Assembly: GCA_964187785.1 (NCBI GenBank)
Contig: OZ076413.1
Span: forward strand, 68,262,001 to 68,326,000
Direction: 5' to 3'
DNA: 64,000 nt
Origin: Amphiscolops sp. MND2022
Taxonomy: Eukaryota
This document shows positions 61,695-64,000 of this stretch, in pieces (position 1 is the stretch's first letter; the number at the start of each line of letters is the position of its first letter). Position numbers and translations under genes: made by a program. Below the pieces are notes generated by a model. The model was not told where the DNA came from and ran no database searches. It saw only the letters and a list, made by a program, of their open reading frames with translations.

Positions 61695-62539
61695 CCAAAA
61701 GAGAGTGTTGTTCATCAGAGCCACCGACTTTGAAGTCGTTTTTTCACTAACGGTTCATGTCAGACACATGTCCCTCCTCCAACGTACACCTTGTTGGAAA
61801 TTCCCCTCCCCCAACACGAAAGGACATTTTGTTCTTGAACAAAAATATTTCACTAATAAGAGAATATTATATGAATTCATATAATTAGAGGATTGTCTCT
61901 ACAACAGTTTGGACACTTCAGGTAAAAAATTACTATAATTTTTATGATTGTATTGTCCAATATAGCAGAAATTCATGTTTGGAACAAGCTAAAATTGAAT
62001 AAAAAGGCCTCTATTTCAGCGTAAATTTTGTCCGCTACAAAATCTAATGAGCAACTTTTAACTGACAGTCAAAGTAATGGATAGGATTATGTTGACATCA
62101 ATTAATTTATTGGACCAAAATTTCAACGCAAACGATGTCGACATAATGGTATTTGAACCTTCTGTCTTATTTCCCCCGGCGCAGTTTGGGAGGAATAGAT
62201 GACATGGTCCGAGAAAAAGTATTAATCTTCAGATTCGCCGAGAATCAATTTCGATTGGGTCCACCGCTCAACCAATCGAATTAAATGTCGTGGCTGTGAG
62301 GAGTTCACTTCAATGAAAGACTGCACATGGGCCAAAGTATCCAAAGTTGGAACATCTTTCATATTCATGACCATCTTTCATATAAAAAAATATGTATAAA
62401 TATATGAAAATTGTTCATTTGCTCTCAGTTCCCATTTTGATTGGTGCTTTAAGTGAAGTCTCACGCGCGGGTATGATCCCCGTTTGAGCAGAATTTTGTA
62501 CTTTTGGAAGATAACTTTATATTCATTGGGTTTTCCAGC

Positions 62540-63250
62540 TGTAACGAGCATCCTCCTCGTCTTCCTCTTGAACTAGATTTCGGGGGAACTCATCCCGTGA
62601 AATGCTTCTGACCTTACGGTTGAAAGTTCCTTCGGATCTATATTCCGGTCTCTTAACCGGGACGTTCCATTCTTTTTGGGGCATTTGTCCGGAACCGGAC
62701 CTAAGAGAGAGTCGAATTTGTGGTAACACTTGATCATTAATTGCCTCACTTATAACCCTCTGAACTTGTAAACTAACACTGTTCATTAGTCCATTCATTT
62801 CTTGGGTGATCCTTCAATTTTCTTTCGAATTGGAATGAAAATTAATATTTTGATTCACCAGTGCGTCACAATTAGGGCTTTCTGGCCTTCAGCTGATTTT
62901 CTAAATTCACTATCTTCTCTTTCAATGTGATTGCTACCTAGCACTATGTCCATAATTTCTAAGTCGGATAGAAGTTCTGCTTCTCTGGATTTCCTAGCGT
63001 TGCTTTTCTGCTTCCTTGTAGTTGGCATGAAGACTATCCGATTGTGAATATTCAAACTAATCCATCAAAAAATGAACTTGAAATAGGTTTGGACATTAGA
63101 ACGGGTCCAATAATTGTTTCCTCCCCAGGAGAGTTACTAATATATATAGTCCTGAGGGAATGGAATGACATTCACATTCCTATGCATCAAGATATCAACA
63201 TACTATCTAAGAAAACGTCATATGGCCATTCCTAGAATAGCACTTGTTCA
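62540..63250 (-). mobile_element. Partial solo LTR of a third family, with a Gag-N-terminus-like frame
   Basis: Minus-strand frames MPTTRKQKSNARKSREAELLSDLEIMDIVLG and QVQRVISEAINDQVLPQIR...EEDARY end at ...CGTTACA (62540). Similar to the LTR-borne frame at 47410-47910. Upstream end not found. Confidence 0.6.
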
Positions 63251-63726
63251 TTAACAATTGAACGCATCAAAGCGGCGGAAGAATTAAAATACTTTCAAAG
63301 GCATATCCAAATGAAAGATCACACCAATACTAACTAAAAAATTTTCGAATCAACAACTAGAGGCAAAAGGCATTTAAGATATACATCGACTAACTTTTGG
63401 CACGTGCTGGCACACGAGCGGTAAAAGGATATTTGAGTGAAACAGTCTTCGTATTACATGCAATGAGCAATTTGACATTGCTAAGAGGAAGGAAGTTGTG
63501 GCTGATGTGCAACCTGTCAAATGTCGCGCGAGAGCTGGATCGTCTGGGAAGGGATCGTTTAAAGGCAACAAGTAGAACCCTTTGCTACTTGCAGAGTCTG
63601 ATGAGGACGATAACCAAGCAGGTGTTCTGGGGCCTTCTAGATCCTGGACAGTCTCTCTACCTACCCTATGGCTGGTTGCACTCAGTCTGGACAGATGTGG
63701 AGGAGGGCCGCATTTGTCCAATGTTC

Positions 63727-63787
63727 TCTGTGGAGATGTCTGTGAGGTCTGTGGAGGTCTGTGGAGATGTCTGTGGAGATGTCTGCA
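63727..63787. repeat. Short imperfect 9-12-bp tandem repeat (TCTGTGGAGATG)
   Basis: About five units seen directly. Confidence 0.85.
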
Positions 63788-64000
63788 GCAGCTCAGTCTC
63801 CCTAATAAGTACACCGCGGTTGCTTGTCGAAGGCAGCAGCCAGGTGGAAGTCAACAAAGTTGACTATTGCAGGTAAATACTTTGATAAGCAGATTAAATG
63901 TGTGTGATAGTACTGGTGTGCAGACTGTCTCCATGCCAGTAAGTCATAAGTTGTAGAATGGATAGTGCCATATACTGTAAAAAGAAACCCATGTAGCTGG

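Overview
AT-rich, intron-containing eukaryotic (animal) genomic DNA, almost all transposon-derived. The repeat families remind me of acoel-type invertebrate genomes, but that is unverified recollection. I found no rRNA, no intact tRNA and no CRISPR array, and most short ORFs in the supplied track are by-products of repeats. (1) About 4.1-31.4 kb looks like one decayed giant composite DNA element. It carries a C2HC-zinc-finger + JmjC (KDM7/KDM2-like) gene in two tandem copies, a RAG1/Transib-like DDE transposase fused to a BRCT-like domain, a PHD-like gene, and a tyrosine-recombinase-like + SET8-like methyltransferase gene. These are tied together by a strand-polarised TTGGTTCCAATCGWGGGTC motif and ~165-bp repeat arrays, and the element is interrupted by an L1/Tx1 LINE. 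(2) 31.8-39.6 kb holds nested LINE, solo-LTR and MITE debris with a near-perfect 2,027-bp tandem duplication. (3) The only apparently intact gene is at 43473-45098: two exons encoding a secreted ShKT + two Cys-rich repeats + cystine-knot protein of 309 aa. (4) 47.4-54.0 kb is a pol-deleted LTR retrotransposon whose Gag frame starts inside the LTR, and 54.3-59.0 kb is an old Ty3/Gypsy element. (5) Helentron-like non-autonomous repeats are scattered over 40-61 kb; one contains two abutting near-perfect palindromes. All domain calls come from motif recognition by eye, not from database searches.
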